A stretch of DNA of 63,146 bases, filler included, from Chiloscyllium plagiosum (lineage: Eukaryota), in NCBI RefSeq assembly GCF_004010195.1. It is 4 parts of one record of this genome, joined end to end, with 100 filler letters (N's around TTAATTAATTAA, not from the genome) between each part and the next. Parts side by side here need not be neighbours in the genome. Positions count along the whole stretch, not along the records: positions 1 to 30,707 come from NC_057713.1; 3 more parts are not named here. One strand, 5' to 3'. Positions 1 through 12,737 of this stretch are shown one piece after another (position 1 is the stretch's first letter; each line of letters starts with the position of its first letter). The position numbers and the translations under genes are program-made. The notes beneath the pieces are model-generated. The model ran no database searches and was not told the DNA's origin. It worked only from the letters and a program-made list of their open reading frames with translations.

Positions 1-1190
1 CCACCTTACTAGTTTAAATCCTCCCATGCAGTTCTAGCAAATTTCCCTGCTAGTATATTAGTCCCTTTCCAATTTAGGTGCAATCTGTTCTTCTTGTACA
101 GGTCACTTCTACCCCAAAAGAGATTCCAATGATCCAAAAAATGTTAATCCTTCTCCCATACACCAGCTCCTCAGCCATGTATTCATCTGCTCTATCCTCC
201 TATTCCTGCCTTCACTAGCTCGTAGCACTGGGAGTAATCCAGATATTACTACCCTTGAGGACCTCTTTTTTAAATTTCTGCCTAACTCTCTGTAATCTCC
301 CTTCAGAATCTCAACCTTTTCCCTTCCTATATCGTTGTTTCCAATGTGGACAATGACCTCTTGCTGGCTCCTCTCCCCCATGAGAACATTCTGTACCCTC
401 TCTGAGACATCCTTGATCCTGGCACCATGGAAACAACACACAATTCTGCTTTTTCTCTGCTGGCCACAGAAACGTCTGTCTGTACCTCAGGCTACAGAAT
501 CCCCTAACACAATTGATCTCTTGTAAGCCAATGTACCCCTCGTTGCATTAGAGCCAGTCTCAATACCAGAAACTTGGCTGTTCGTGTTAAGCACCCCTGA
601 GAACTCATCATCCCCTACATTTTCCAAAACAGCATACCTGTTTTGAAATGGATATATCCACAAAAGACTTCTGCCCTAGGTGCCTACCTCTCTTACCCTT
701 CCTGGAGTTAACCCATCCATGTGACTGTATCTGAGACTTTGCCCCCTTCCTATAACTGCCATCCATCACATACTGTTGCTGTTGCAAATTCCTCATCGCT
801 TCTATCTGTCTCTCCAACCGATCCACTCAATCTGATAAGATTCGCATCCAACAGCGTTTATGGCAGATATAATCCGCAGTAACCCTTAAACTCCCACATC
901 TGACAAGAAGTACATATTACTGCAAAGGCCATTTTTCCTCCTTCACAATCTACAGACCCAGAAAATAACACCGTCTTATTCCTCTACAAAATACTGCACC
1001 AGGTTAAATTATTAGCTGTGGCTTATATTTTAAGTTTAATCAAGATACTTATTTCCAAAAACATATAATCAAGAAAGAACCCACTGTACTCACTAATACA
1101 GCCCCTCTCTTGGACAGACTTAAAACAACAATTAACTTACCTGATTCTGTGTTGTGAACTTCACCCAAACCAGTTCTTCCAAGATTAGTT
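1..1190 (-). mobile_element. CR1 LINE 5' part with degenerate ORF1 (SGNH esterase)
   Basis: ORF 109-441 has VIVHIGNNDIG and RVVISGLLPV, homologous to the ORF1 at 29971-30707; runs off the window edge. Confidence 0.85.
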
Positions 1191-1236
1191 GTGAATAGAA
1201 ACCGAACTTGATTAGCACATAAATAGTGTGGCTACA

Positions 1237-1780
1237 ACAGCAGGTGAAAGATAAGGAATCCTGCAACTAGAAACCTATCTCCTAACTCCCCAAAGCCTGT
1301 CCACCATATAAAGGCACAAGTCAGGAGTGTGATGGAATATCTTCCACTTACCTGGATGGGTGCAGCTCCAACAACACTGAAGAAACTTGATGCCACCCAG
1401 GATAAAGCACCTTGAAAATTCACTCTATTCACCACCGATGCATAGTGACAGGAGTGTACTATTGACAAGATGCAGTGCACTAAGGCTCCTGAGAAAACAA
1501 TAAAACTTCCAAACCCGAGACCTCTATTACCTAGAAGAACAAGAGCATCAGATACAAGAGTGCACTATCATCTGTAAGTTTCCCTGCAAGTTACATATCA
1601 TCCTGAATTGAAACTACATCACAGTTCCTTTACTAGGTTAAAAATCTAGAATTTCCTAACAGCATGCTGGATGCCCTTCTACTACAAGGCGATCCAAGAT
1701 GGCAGCTCACCACCATCTTGTCCAGGCCAATTATGGCTAAGCAGTAAATGCTAAGCCTTACCAAACACACCCACAACCCT
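1237..1780 (+). mobile_element. 3' fragment of an old CR1-group LINE ('LINE-B')
   Basis: Homologous to 57975-58757, 51850-52206 and 23115-23645 (ccccaaagcctgtccacc...ggcagctcaccacc...). Confidence 0.75.
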
Positions 1781-2039
1781 TCTATAAATTTAAAAATAAG
1801 CTGCTCAAATCGTATTTGTGAAGGTTTAACTGCAGTGGCTCAGGTATCATGGCTTTGACCACTGGCAGAGCATTTAACAAGGATGACTGTAAAGTTGAAC
1901 ACTTTCCATTTTTTTTAATTCTTCTGACTTTATATTCTACATTTTGGTTTATTTTTCTGTGTTTTAAAATGGTCCTGGAGAGTGATAACACTGCACAACA
2001 CTTTTCACTGTATTTTGTAATAAATAAAGAAATAATTTA

Positions 2040-2640
2040 TTGAGGATAATTTTAAGAATGTGAATGGGAGTGGGGAGGTATTTAATGTTTTTGCTTGCTT
2101 AAAAATGGACAAATCCCCAGGCCTGGATGAGTTGTATCTCAGGCTATTGTGAGAGACAAGGGAGAAAACTGCAGGGAATCTCACCCAAAATTTTAATTCC
2201 TCTCCAGCCACAGAAAAGATACCAGAGGACTGGAGGGTAGCTAATGTTATTCTACTTTTCAAGAAGAGTGGTAGAGATAAACCAGGGAATTATAGACCAG
2301 AGAGTCTCACAACAGTGGTATGAAATTACTGGAGAAAATTCAGAAGGACAGAATTAATCTCCATTTGGAGAGGCAAGTTTGATCAGGAACAGTTAATACA
2401 GCTTTGTCAGCCATATTTGAGGAAAATATTTTTCACCTAGAGGGTGGTGGAAAATTGGAATGCACCACCTGGCAAGGTGGTTGAGGCAAAAAACCTCACA
2501 ACCTTCAAACAATACTTGGATGAGCACTTGAAATGTCACAACATTCAAGACTTTGGGCAAAGTGCTGGAAAGTGGGATTAGTGCAGATTTTGTGGATGCA
2601 GACTCAATGGGTCAAAGGGTCTCTCTGTGCTATATTTGAT
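2040..2640 (+). mobile_element. CR1 LINE fragments (ORF2 piece plus 3' end)
   Basis: DKSPGLD and EDWRVANVI motifs, followed by a CR1 3' UTR. Confidence 0.75.
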
Positions 2641-3449
2641 CTGCTGTGATGTACTTACTGTGAATGTCACCACAGTTCTGCATTCACCTGTCACTGATGG
2701 TAGGTGCGATGATGTCATTAATATGCATTACAGCAATGCATTATACAGGGTGAAGTAATATTAAACTATCTGTATTTTACCTTTTAAAGCTCGAGAGAGG
2801 TTACAAAGCTGTAAGACAAATTAAGACTTGACAGCTAAACAAAAATTTTACACTTAAGAAGTCTTTTTCACTGATCCCTGCTACAACTTCCATTGTCCAC
2901 TAAACTATGCTCTAAGTACCTGACATGGTACTGAACCATCCAGATCAAAATTTTGCAGGTTCAAGCTCCATACTGCATGAGGTCTGCTGTTCGCAGCCAA
3001 CATGATAGCAGATTGTGACAAGCAACCTCAGTACTGGTATAAAAGAATAATTAAAAAATGGGCAAGTTTGGTACTGCTAATGCCAATGGAGGTATGAATG
3101 ACCCCATCATAAATGGACTACCCGGCTAGGACTCAATGTCAGAAATGATACACGGAAATGCTTACTTGAGTAAAATGCCAAAAGGACATGTAATAGCCAA
3201 ATAAGATCCATACTGTCAGATCGAGAGTTAAACTAGTAAAATGGATTAAAGTGCAAACATCTAGGAAATTAACATTTGCAGCAAAGGACACAAAGAACAC
3301 AAAGAACAGAAGGTTTGCTGAAGACAACACTGCTTCAAGAAAATCTTTCGGCATCAAATTCACATGAAATATCTTAGCTTTCTTACAGCCAGTTATTTGA
3401 CATGTGCAAACTCAGAATTACGCTTCAACAGTGGCCATCTAAGTAGGGC

Positions 3450-3830
3450 TTGGCTCCGCAGACACATTCCCATTTCAGGATCAGAAGAACATGGATTGGA
3501 ATATGAAACCAGAGAATTGAGCCAGTTGTGCAGGTTGATAATACAATGCAAGTACTGAAGGAGTGTTCTGAGCTCAGATGAGATATTAAACTTAAGTCCT
3601 GTCTGTATTTTCATGAGAACATGAAAAATCCCATTATACTTCTTTCAAGAGCAGGCAAGACCAAATTTTCTCTTTAATCAGCATCACAGAGAGATCACCT
3701 TGTCCATATCCCAAACACCTGATTGAGAGAGTTTACTGTATACAACCAGGCTGTTATATTTGGCCACGTTTCAGACGCACTTCAAAAGCACTTATATTAC
3801 TTGTTATGATTTAGGATTCCCAAGTAAATC
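3450..3830 (+). mobile_element. Old Deu-domain SINE (SacSINE1/AmnSINE1-like)
   Basis: agtactgaaggagtg...gatgagatattaaac...aaaaatcccat...cacttcaaaagcac resembles the Deu core as I recall it; heavily decayed. Confidence 0.55.
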
Positions 3831-4204
3831 CCTAACAATGACTGAAACTAATACTGGAGAAACTCAATCTGTTGAACAATCTTCCAGCAACATCTTTGAT
3901 AAATATTTCTTGCAGGGCACAGACCCTAGAGATTGTGTCATTGTTCAAAACTGCAAAATATTTTACTAATTGGCCCTAAAGCATTCCTACTACTTTTACG
4001 TTTTCTAAAATCAGTTTAAAATGGTCTGACTATAACAAATATTTGGACATTGAACACAAAAACTTACTATCAATTTCTACCATATTATATTTTTAAATAG
4101 CTGCCTTCAGTTTTATTAAATCCTGACATTTTGATTCATCATAAATAATCAGTGTAATAATCCTGTTCTCATGAATTCTTTATCTGCTCAAGATTGCAGG
4201 GGGA

Positions 4205-4310
4205 AATGGGGACGTAACTGTAATGGTACTCCAATAGTAATTCAAAAACCCAGGCTAATCGTTTGGAAACATGGGTTCAAATCCCATCACAGTGGAACTT
4301 GAATTCAATT
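4205..4310 (+). mobile_element. tRNA-derived head of 'SINE-B'
   Basis: B-box-like atgggttcaaatccc; homologous to the 5' part of 35375-35690. Confidence 0.5.
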
Positions 4311-5097
4311 TATATATCTAAACATAAATTTAGAGTTGGAATTTATATCTTTCTTGACAGTAAAAATTGAAAGACATTGAACTATTTGGACTAATTGAAA
4401 ATCTTTTAACCAATAGTCTGAAGGAACCCTTGTAGTTTCTTGGAAATTAAGTCAACACTTTGATGCATGCTGTGATCTATCCACCTGCTGATTACAGAAT
4501 GTTAAAGGACATTAGAAAATAGCCAAACAACCCTTTCAGGGAGATATGAGGTAGCCATAGATGAGATAATTGTTGGATGCGTTGGCTTTGAAAGAGAAAA
4601 TGGAGATCCTGCGCTGATGGCTTCCTAGCACGCCTTCTGGATTTGATTTTTGTTTCACAAACCTATGGACAAAAGAAAGAAAAGCTCCAAAGTTGCAGTC
4701 AAATTACAAGTCTCCCTCTCTCTCTCTCTCTGTCCTTCCAATGGTTGAATATGTGGAAACCTAATAATGTTTCTGCACCTCCTCTGTATTCTGAATATCT
4801 TGTAAATTCTGAGAAGCTCAACTGTGACCATGATGCAGAGATTTGAATCCCACTTGATTTCCACCTGGACTGAGGCTTTGTTTGGAAGATTTTCCATTAG
4901 CCTATGGTTGTCAGCAATTCCCTGGTATAATATGGTTCCAAAGGATGCTCACCAAATTGTTTAAGAACATAAGAATACAGTAAATTTTAAAAACTAAATT
5001 CGTAAATCCTGCACATCTCAGTCAATCTATACATAGCTCAATTGGAAAATCTTCAGTCAAAGATACGAGTATGAACTTGTCACAGAATGAGATTGTG

Positions 5098-5870
5098 GTA
5101 AAAACAATGACTGCAGATGCTGGAAACCAGATTCTGGATCAGTGGTGCTGGAAGAGCACAGCAATTCAGGCAGCATCCGAGGACAGGCAAAATCGACGTT
5201 TCGGGCAAAAGCCCTTCATCAGGAATAAAGGCAGAGAGCCTGAAGCGTGGAGAGATAAGCTAGAGGAGGGTGGGGGTGGGGAGAGAGTGGCATAGAGTAC
5301 AATAGGTCAGTGGGGAAGGAGATGAAGGTGATAGGTCAGGGAGGAGAGGGTGGAGTGGATAGGTGGAAGAGGGGCTGGGCAGGTCGGACAAGTCCGGACA
5401 GGTCAGGGGATCGAGTTGCTGGAGGTTAGAAGCTAGGATGAGGTGGGGGAAGGGGAAATGAGGAAACTGTTGTAATCCGCATTGATGCCCTGGGGTTGAA
5501 GTGTTCTGAGGCGGAAGATGAGGCGTTCTTCTTCCATATGTCTGGTGGTGAGGGAGCGGCGGTGGAGGAGGCCCAGGACCTCCATGTCCTCGGCAGAGTG
5601 GGAGGGGGAGTTGAAATGTTGAGCCACGGAGCGGTTTGGTTGATTGGTGTGGGTGTCTCGGAGATGTTCCCTAGCGCGCTCTGCTAGGAGGCGCCCAGTC
5701 TCCCCAATGTAGAGGAGACCGCATCGGGAGCAATGGATACAATAAATGATATGAGTGGATGTGCAGGTAAAACTTTGATGGATGTGGAAGGCTCCTTTAG
5801 GGCCTTGGATGGAGGTGAGGGAGGAGGTGTGGGCACAGGTTTTACAGTTCCTGCGGTGGCAGGGGAAAGT
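5098..5870 (-). mobile_element. Young 5'-truncated Penelope-like element (Neptune type; Zn-knuckle/GIY-YIG region and 3' terminus)
   Basis: Perfect 13-bp TSD gaatgagattgtg (5085-5097, 5871-5883); minus strand encodes FPCHRRNCKTC, YIGE and AQHFNSPSHS. Confidence 0.88.
5190..5226 (-). ncRNA. Minimal hammerhead-ribozyme core in the PLE terminus
   Basis: Minus strand ttcCTGATGA-a-gggc(tttt)gccc-GAAAC-GTC-gatt; helix I is weak. Confidence 0.6.
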
Positions 5871-6105
5871 GAATGAGATTGTGATGAGTTCTCTCTCTAC
5901 AAGTTCTGAGCTTGATAATTCATAATGAATTTGTACATTTAGATAGGAGGGAGAGCGAAAAGTTAATTCAGATTCGCTTCCTGATTCTTTTCACCCTTTC
6001 TTTCTTCACTAAATTTATTTAAAGGAGTTATATAAATGCAATTTGTTGTTGTTGACCCTCTCTAAACCTCTCTCTTTGAGCAGGTTTTTCATTGCACTGC
6101 CTGGT

Positions 6106-6437
6106 GGGCGGTATGGTGGCTCAATGGTTAGCACTACTGCTTCACAGCCCTAGGGACCTGGGTTCGATTCCCATCTCAGGCGGCTGCCTGTGTGGAGATT
6201 GCACATTCTCCCAGTGTCTGCGTAGGTTTCTTCCGGGTGCTCCAGTTTCCATCCATAATTCAAAGATGTGCAGGTTGGGTGAACTGGTCATGCTAAATTG
6301 CCCAAAGTGTTAGGTGCATCAGTCAGGGGTAAATATAGGGTATGAGAATGGGTTGGGGTGGGTTACTCTTTGGAGTGTCATTGTGGACTTATTGGGCCAA
6401 ATGGGCTGTTTCCATACTGTAGGACATCTAAACTAAT
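6106..6437 (+). mobile_element. HE1-like V-SINE (tRNA-derived)
   Basis: A box tggctcaatgg, B box ggttcgattcc, V-domain tgtgtggag..tgcacattctccc..ccgggtgctcc, CR1-like tail. Confidence 0.9.
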
Positions 6438-8289
6438 ATTTCCATCTTTGGCTAGTTATCCATTTTACCTTTTATTATGCTAGTTTGTGATGGGGCATTT
6501 TTCTACATTTTGTCATTACATAAATGTGAGTTCAGAGCTCTAGTGATAGTGATAGTGTTCTCATATTTTAACCAGAACACCAAGGATTAAGTCCCATCTG
6601 CCCTGACCTATGTCATAACCTGCCCGAACAGGTTGATTAAAATAACCAAAAATGCAAGTTTTTGAAGCCACAGTCACCAGCAACAATGGTAAAATAAACC
6701 TGACGAAAGCTGTGGATGCCTAGGCAAAAGGCACTCAACAGGGAAAAAGTTCCTGGATTTGATTTTCAATTAAAACAATGTTAAAGAGACAACAGGTTGG
6801 GTGTTATAGCTAGTCTAGATGCAGTTGATGGATATGTGGATGAAGACAATAAACCATCCAGCATTGATACTCTCAACTAGTGTTGTCATCATTACTGGAT
6901 TTGCACAGGTGATGGTCAAGGCAACACAACTGCATGAGAAGTGATAGGACACAGAATCCTAAAACTATATGTGGATTATTATATAGAGAGACTGTATCTG
7001 GTGTCTGTGTTTCCTTGTTAAAACGATGCAATTAGATCCATTCTCCACTCTCTCCCCATCCACCTACACATTTTTCTCCTTCAAGTATTTACCCAATTCC
7101 CTTTTGAAAACTAGTATTGAGAGTGTTTCCACATCCTTCCAGGCAGTGCATTTCAGATCAGTTGGTCCCTTCTTGACTGACACACTTATATCTTAGAATG
7201 GGGTTGGGTTTGTTGCTAATTACTGTTATTTGCAAATAGGCTGCTGATACTTGTGTCTTATGCAGATTGTCAATGGATTCATTAAGCTGCAAAACTCAAA
7301 CCTGCCCAAGGGAGGAGCTAGAAAATTAAATGTAAATGTCTCAGCAATAAATGTGTCATTTGAAGCAAAATTCTTTAAATGATTTAAATTTTCCAGGTGA
7401 ATTCACACACATGTATCCAAACTAGCTCTTTGATGATGTTAAAATCACTTTGCTTTCTTCAACATCTGGCTTTATTGCTAAGCAACAGCATTAATTCCCA
7501 ATAATTGAAAGTGAAGTAAATCTGTTAGGGGGCCAATAACTGCATTCTTCCTTCCTTGAAGAAAACAGAAGCAATGTTCAACACACAATCTTTTACAAAT
7601 TTAAATACAAGATAGATTATCTGTGCTCTTCCAACATGAATCCTTCCAAGCTAGACACAATGTTTCCATTAAAGCACATGGTATAATTTCAAATATTACC
7701 TTAATGCATACAGAAAGCTTAAAAAGTATTGGTGTAGAGATGAAGAGAGGATTTCATCAAGGTATTCAAAGTTTTGAAGCGTTTTCACCGAATAAGTGAG
7801 GAAAGCCTAATTTCTGCAGTTAGGAATAATGCTAAGGATCAATCAATTTTACAGATATTTGACAAGAGGTTCAGGGAAATTAAAGAAGGTTTGTTGCATC
7901 CTCAAATACTTTACTATAGGAGTGGCTGAATGAAGATAATTGAATATTTCAAAAGAATATTGGACAATTATTTCAGACTGTCAAATCTTTCATCCAAATG
8001 GCCAAGTTCAGGGGAGTAGAATTTGTTTCTACTTGCTTCAGTAAAAAGCCAACACAAAGACAAGGGTCTGAGGCTATGAAAGTTACAAAACAGTCAAACT
8101 CTAGCCACTGATCTGCCAATTTATCTGCTTTGCCTGATTCTTCACAATCTGCAACAAGGCAGAGATGAAAAAATTACGCCATTATTCCAAACATCCTACT
8201 GGCTGAGGAGCACCAGAGGCAGATGCAGGATAGCAGACAAGCAACCAAAATCAGTGGTAAGACAGCAGCATGAGTGGTGACTGTAGCCA

Positions 8290-8520
8290 AGAAGGGGAAG
8301 TAGGAAAACTAGAGATAGAAAAATAAAAGGAGGGGGGAAAAAAAAGAGGAAAAGGAAGAAAAAATGGAGAACACATTGAAAAAAAAAGAGAAAGGGAGAT
8401 GGGAAGGAAGACAAAAAGGAGAAAACATGGAGGAAAAAGAAAAAAAAAAGATAAAATATGAAAAAAAGGAGGAAAATCCAGATATAAAAATGGAGGAAAG
8501 GTTTGAGAGAAAATCTCGGA
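8290..8520. repeat. Purine (A/G)-rich low-complexity tract
   Basis: Runs of A and GA; produces the spurious Phe/Lys-rich ORFs. Confidence 0.85.
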
Positions 8521-9334
8521 ACGATACCTTCAGACAACAATCAGCAAAATAGTGAGAAAACTCTTAGAACAAAAAATCAGTTTTCAGTTCCACAAACATG
8601 CGAAACATGTGACTAAGTGTCATTAGCATTGCCTTTTTTGGATTTTCACAAAAGACTCATTACCTGCCAGCCCACAGAGCCAGTTCGTGGATAATTTTCA
8701 AAGAAATCAGCAATGTAGGTCTTACAGAAGTGAGAATATCAAGTCCTGGTTGTGAAGCATTTTCAGAACACTGTTTGTCAGTTTAGTTTCGCTTTGATCT
8801 ATATAGACTGAATGACAGCCACTGAATTCACAAAATACTGAAAATATATTGCTGAGTCAAAATACAAAGCTTGCAATGGAAAGGCAGATCTCGAATGCTG
8901 TCATCTGAAGCAAGCTTTACTGTAACCCAGGTTTGATGTCACCACTTAAAAGATCAAGAGATGAAACGATCAAAGGCTGGAGAGAGAATCGACAGTTAAT
9001 GTTTCAATTTAAATATGACTGTTCTTCAGAACTGATTTCTGTTGAGTATTTCAATTACTTTGCTTCTATTTCAGATGTCTAGCATCACTTTAGCATTACT
9101 AGAAGCATTTTACTTTTATTAGATGCTCAGTTGTGTTCTGTCACCATGACTTTTTAATCAGAAGGTCAGCACAAGTGGATAACATGTGACAAGTATTACA
9201 AACTGACAGAAAATTATCTAAAAGATTCAATCGTTAAGGGTCCACTGTGTTGGGAAAATAGTGATCACTATCACCCAGGAAAAGACTTGTTGTCACAGTA
9301 CTACCAGAGTACTGACAGAAATAAGCATTTTTTT

Positions 9335-9865
9335 TAATGTCATGTAGCATCAAGAAACAGCTGAAGATACTTGATACTGCAAAGGTTACGGGCCCCGAGA
9401 AACATTCTGGCAATCAGACTGAAGATTTGTGCTCCAGAACTAGCCATGCCCCTCCCCAAACTGTTCCAGTACAGCTGCAACACTTAGTATCTATCTAACA
9501 ATGTGGAATGTTGCTTCAGTTGTCCTTGAGATAAAAAAAAGTAGGACAAATCAAAGCCAATCAACTACCGCCCATCGATCTACTTCTATGTTCAGAAAAG
9601 TAACTGGTCACATCATCAACAGTGCTATCAAGCTGCATCTGTTTGCCAATAGCCTGCATAATGCTACTCAATTTGGGTTCCACCAAGATTGCTCATCTCC
9701 TGATCTCATTACAGCTTTTTGGTCAAACATGGACAAAAGAAATGAATTCCAGAGGTGAGGTGAAAGTGAAGCTTTGACATCAGACAACATATGACCAATT
9801 GTGGCAGCAAGAAGTATAATTAGCACAAAATAAGCTAATTGTGGTTGTTGGAGGTCAATCATCTT
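9335..9865 (+). mobile_element. LINE-B RT-region fragment
   Basis: KVTGPEKHS, QFGFHQDCSSPDLIT motifs. Confidence 0.7.
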
Positions 9866-10666
9866 GGTACAGTTATGATTCCACCTGATGGTACTATCCG
9901 GAATGAAGTTGGCTTTTTTAAAATCTTTTTTTCATTTAGCATGATAGCCTGTCACTGAAAGATATCCACACAGGACTGCAAATTTATTTTAAACACATAA
10001 GTTAATTGCCTAAAAACAGAAAAAAAAATCAAAACTAACTTAATAAGGAAAAGAGTTAGAAAAATCTTAAGACACCAATCAAAACAAAATTCCAAACTGT
10101 TCCCCCACTCTATCATTTTACAGTGAGTCTTTTGTGCTGGGTCTCTATATCACCTGCCCCCTTGCTCTTCCTCTGCCTGTGTCAAATGATCCTATTTTCC
10201 AATGCTTTTCAGTTCTAAAGAGTCATTACAGACTGAAAATGTTAACTCTATTTCTCTCTACAGTGGCTGCTGACTTTCTCCAGCGTTCTCTGTATTTGTT
10301 AGTAATTTCTCTTGTTTTGACTCACTGTAAAATGATAGAGTGGGGGAACAGTTTGGAATTTTGTTTTGATTGGTGTCTTAAGATTTTTCTAACTCTTTTC
10401 CTTATTAAGTTAGCTTTGATTTTTTTTTCTGTTTTTATGCAATTAACTTATATGTGTTTAAAATAAATTTGCAGTCCTGTGTGGATATCTTTCAGTGACA
10501 GGGTATCATGCTAAATGAAAAAAAGATTTTAAAAAGGCCAACTTCATTCTGGATAGTACCATCAGGTGGAATCATAACTGTACCAAGATGATTGACCTCC
10601 AACAACCACAATCAGCATATTTTGTGCTAATTATGCTTCTTGCTGCCACAATTGGTCATATGTTGT
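9784..10666. repeat. Inverted duplication: arms 9784-10129 and 10319-10666, 189-nt spacer
   Basis: Direct reverse-complement comparison, roughly 8-10 differences. Confidence 0.95.
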
Positions 10667-11371
10667 GGATAAAGAAAAATAAAGATGCAAAAAGGTTGTA
10701 AATGAAAGTGTTAAAGGGACAGCATTGGCCTTTTCTACTAGGTGCAAAATAAACATGAAGATGACTCATTGGTGGGGGAGGGGGTTGAGGAGGGAATGTA
10801 AAAATAAATGGAGAACAGACATAAAGTGATCAGCTTCTAATGTTATGAAATTCAATGTTGAGACCTCAAGGCTGTTAAGTTCCTAAGTGGAAAATGAGGT
10901 ACCATTCTTCAAGCTTTCAACCTGTTACAACCTCAAGCTTACATTGTGTTTTGTTGAAACATTGCAGCAGGTGCAGATTAGATATATTAGCATAAGTTCT
11001 AGCAAGGTGGTTTACTGAAATGGCAAGCAACTGGGAAGTCAGAGTCATTCCCATAGAAAGAGAGCAGGTGTTCCACAAAATTGTCACCTAATCTGCATTT
11101 GGTCTCACCAATGTAAAGGAAACTACATTATTTGCAGCAAATACAGTAGACTAGAGTGAAAGAAATCCAAGTGAAACACTACTTTAGGAAGATGTGTCTG
11201 GGGCTTTGGACAGAGAAGAGGGCGCTGGAGGTGGTGAAAATGGTGGAGGATGATCCTTTGAATGCAGAGGCTCGTGGGGTGCAAAGTAAGGGCAGTGGGA
11301 ACCCTTCTGTGGTTCTTAGAAAGGGAGGAAGGGACGAGGGCAGAATGTGGAAGATGGGTCAGATACTACTG

Positions 11372-11576
11372 AAGCTGAAAATGTGTTGCTGGAAAAGCGC
11401 AAGTCAGGCAGCATCCAAGGAACAGGGGAATCGACGTTTCGGGCATAAGCCCTTCTTCACGAAGGCCCGAAACGTCGATTCTCCTGTTCCTTGGATGCTG
11501 CCTGACCTGCTGTGCTTTTCCAGCAACACATTTTCAGCTCCGATCTCCAGCATCTGCAGTCCTCACTTTCTCCTCG
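11372..11576. mobile_element. Fold-back PLE-terminus mini-element
   Basis: Arms ~11373-11455 and ~11465-11539 plus a 37-nt tail; TSD cagatactactgaag/cagacactgctgaag. Confidence 0.85.
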
Positions 11577-11685
11577 CAGACACTGCTGAAGGCTTTGTCA
11601 ACTACAATGGGGGGAATCATTGGTTGAAGGGAAAGGGAGTCATGTCAGAGGATACCACCTTCCACCAGGGTGCATCAGAACAGAT

Positions 11686-11784
11686 CTGAAAATGTGTTGC
11701 TGGAACAGCGCAGCAGGTCAGGCAGCATCCAGGGAACAGGAGAATCGACGTTTCGGGCATAAGCCCTTCTTCAGGAACAGCCCT
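11686..11784 (-). mobile_element. ~100-bp PLE-terminus insertion with hammerhead core
   Basis: TSD catcagaacagat (11673-11685, 11785-11797); CTGAAGA-a-gggc(ttat)gccc-GAAACGTC at 11746-11774 on the minus strand. Confidence 0.85.
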
Positions 11785-12035
11785 CATCAGAACAGATGCG
11801 AAGCAAACTGAGAAACTGGGAAAGTGGGATCCTTGCAGGAACCAGCGTGTGAGGAGGTATAAGTAACTGAGAGTCAGGGGCTTGTAACGGATATTGATAG
11901 ACATCCTATCCTCAAACAGAAATGATGAAATGAAAGAAGGGAAAAGTCAGAGATGGTGAAGGAAGGGTGGGAATTTGAAGCAAAATTCATTAATTTTTCA
12001 AAATCCAGATGGGTGCAGGAAGCAGCACCAAATAC

Positions 12036-12680
12036 ATATAGAATATAGAACATAGAAAGGTACAGCACAGGATAGGCCCTTTGGCCCCCGATGTTGTGCT
12101 GAGGATTATTCCTAATCTAAAATAAAATAACCTAACCTATGCACCCTCAATTCACTGCTATCCATGTGCATGTCCAGCAGTTACTTAAATGTCCCTAATG
12201 ACTCTGCTTCCACCACCACAGCTGGCAACTCATTCCATGCATTTACAACTCTCTGTGTAAAGAATCTAACTCTGACATCTCCTCGAAACCTTCCTCCTAA
12301 TATCTTCAAACTACGACCCCTCGTGTCAGTCAATTCTTCCCTGGGGAAAAGTCTCTGGCTATTGACTCTATCCATGCCTCTCATTACCTTGTATACTGCG
12401 ATCAGGTCACCTCTCTTCCTCCTTCTCTCCAGAGAGAAAAGTTCAAGTTTAGTCAATTTCTTTTTGTAAGACAAGCCCTGCAGTCCAGGCAGCATCCTGG
12501 TAAACGTTCTTTGCACCCTCTCCAAAGCCTCTATATCTTTCCTATAATAGGGTGACCAGAACTGGACACAGTATTCCAAGTGTGGTCCCACCAGGGTCTT
12601 GTAGAGCTGCAGCAAAACCTCGCAGCTCTTAAACTTGATTCCCGCTGTTAATGAAAGCCAAAACACCATATGCTTTCTTA
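12036..12680 (-). mobile_element. CR1 LINE 3' end
   Basis: ORF 12181-12798 LEYCVQFWSPYYRKD...FFTQRVVNAWN; (catagaa)n tail; TSD tacatatagaa/tacatatcgaa. Confidence 0.93.
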
Positions 12681-12737
12681 CATATCGAAGAAAAGAACCG
12701 TGAACAGGGGCCCCAAGTAGGACTAGAACTGATTCAC

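Larger units (their letters stand above)
10667..12735 (-). mobile_element. Old Neptune-type PLE interrupted by younger insertions; its terminus lies inverted in 10130-10318
   Basis: Colinear with 5098-5870 (aaatgagg..ttcttc; tctcaccaatgta); interrupted at 11372, 11686 and 12036. Confidence 0.65.

Noticed and set aside
6106..6180. tRNA genes at SINE heads
   Set aside because: They continue into V-SINE bodies; tRNA-derived, not tRNAs
8196..8552. Phe-rich and Lys/Glu-rich ORFs
   Set aside because: Translations of a low-complexity purine tract
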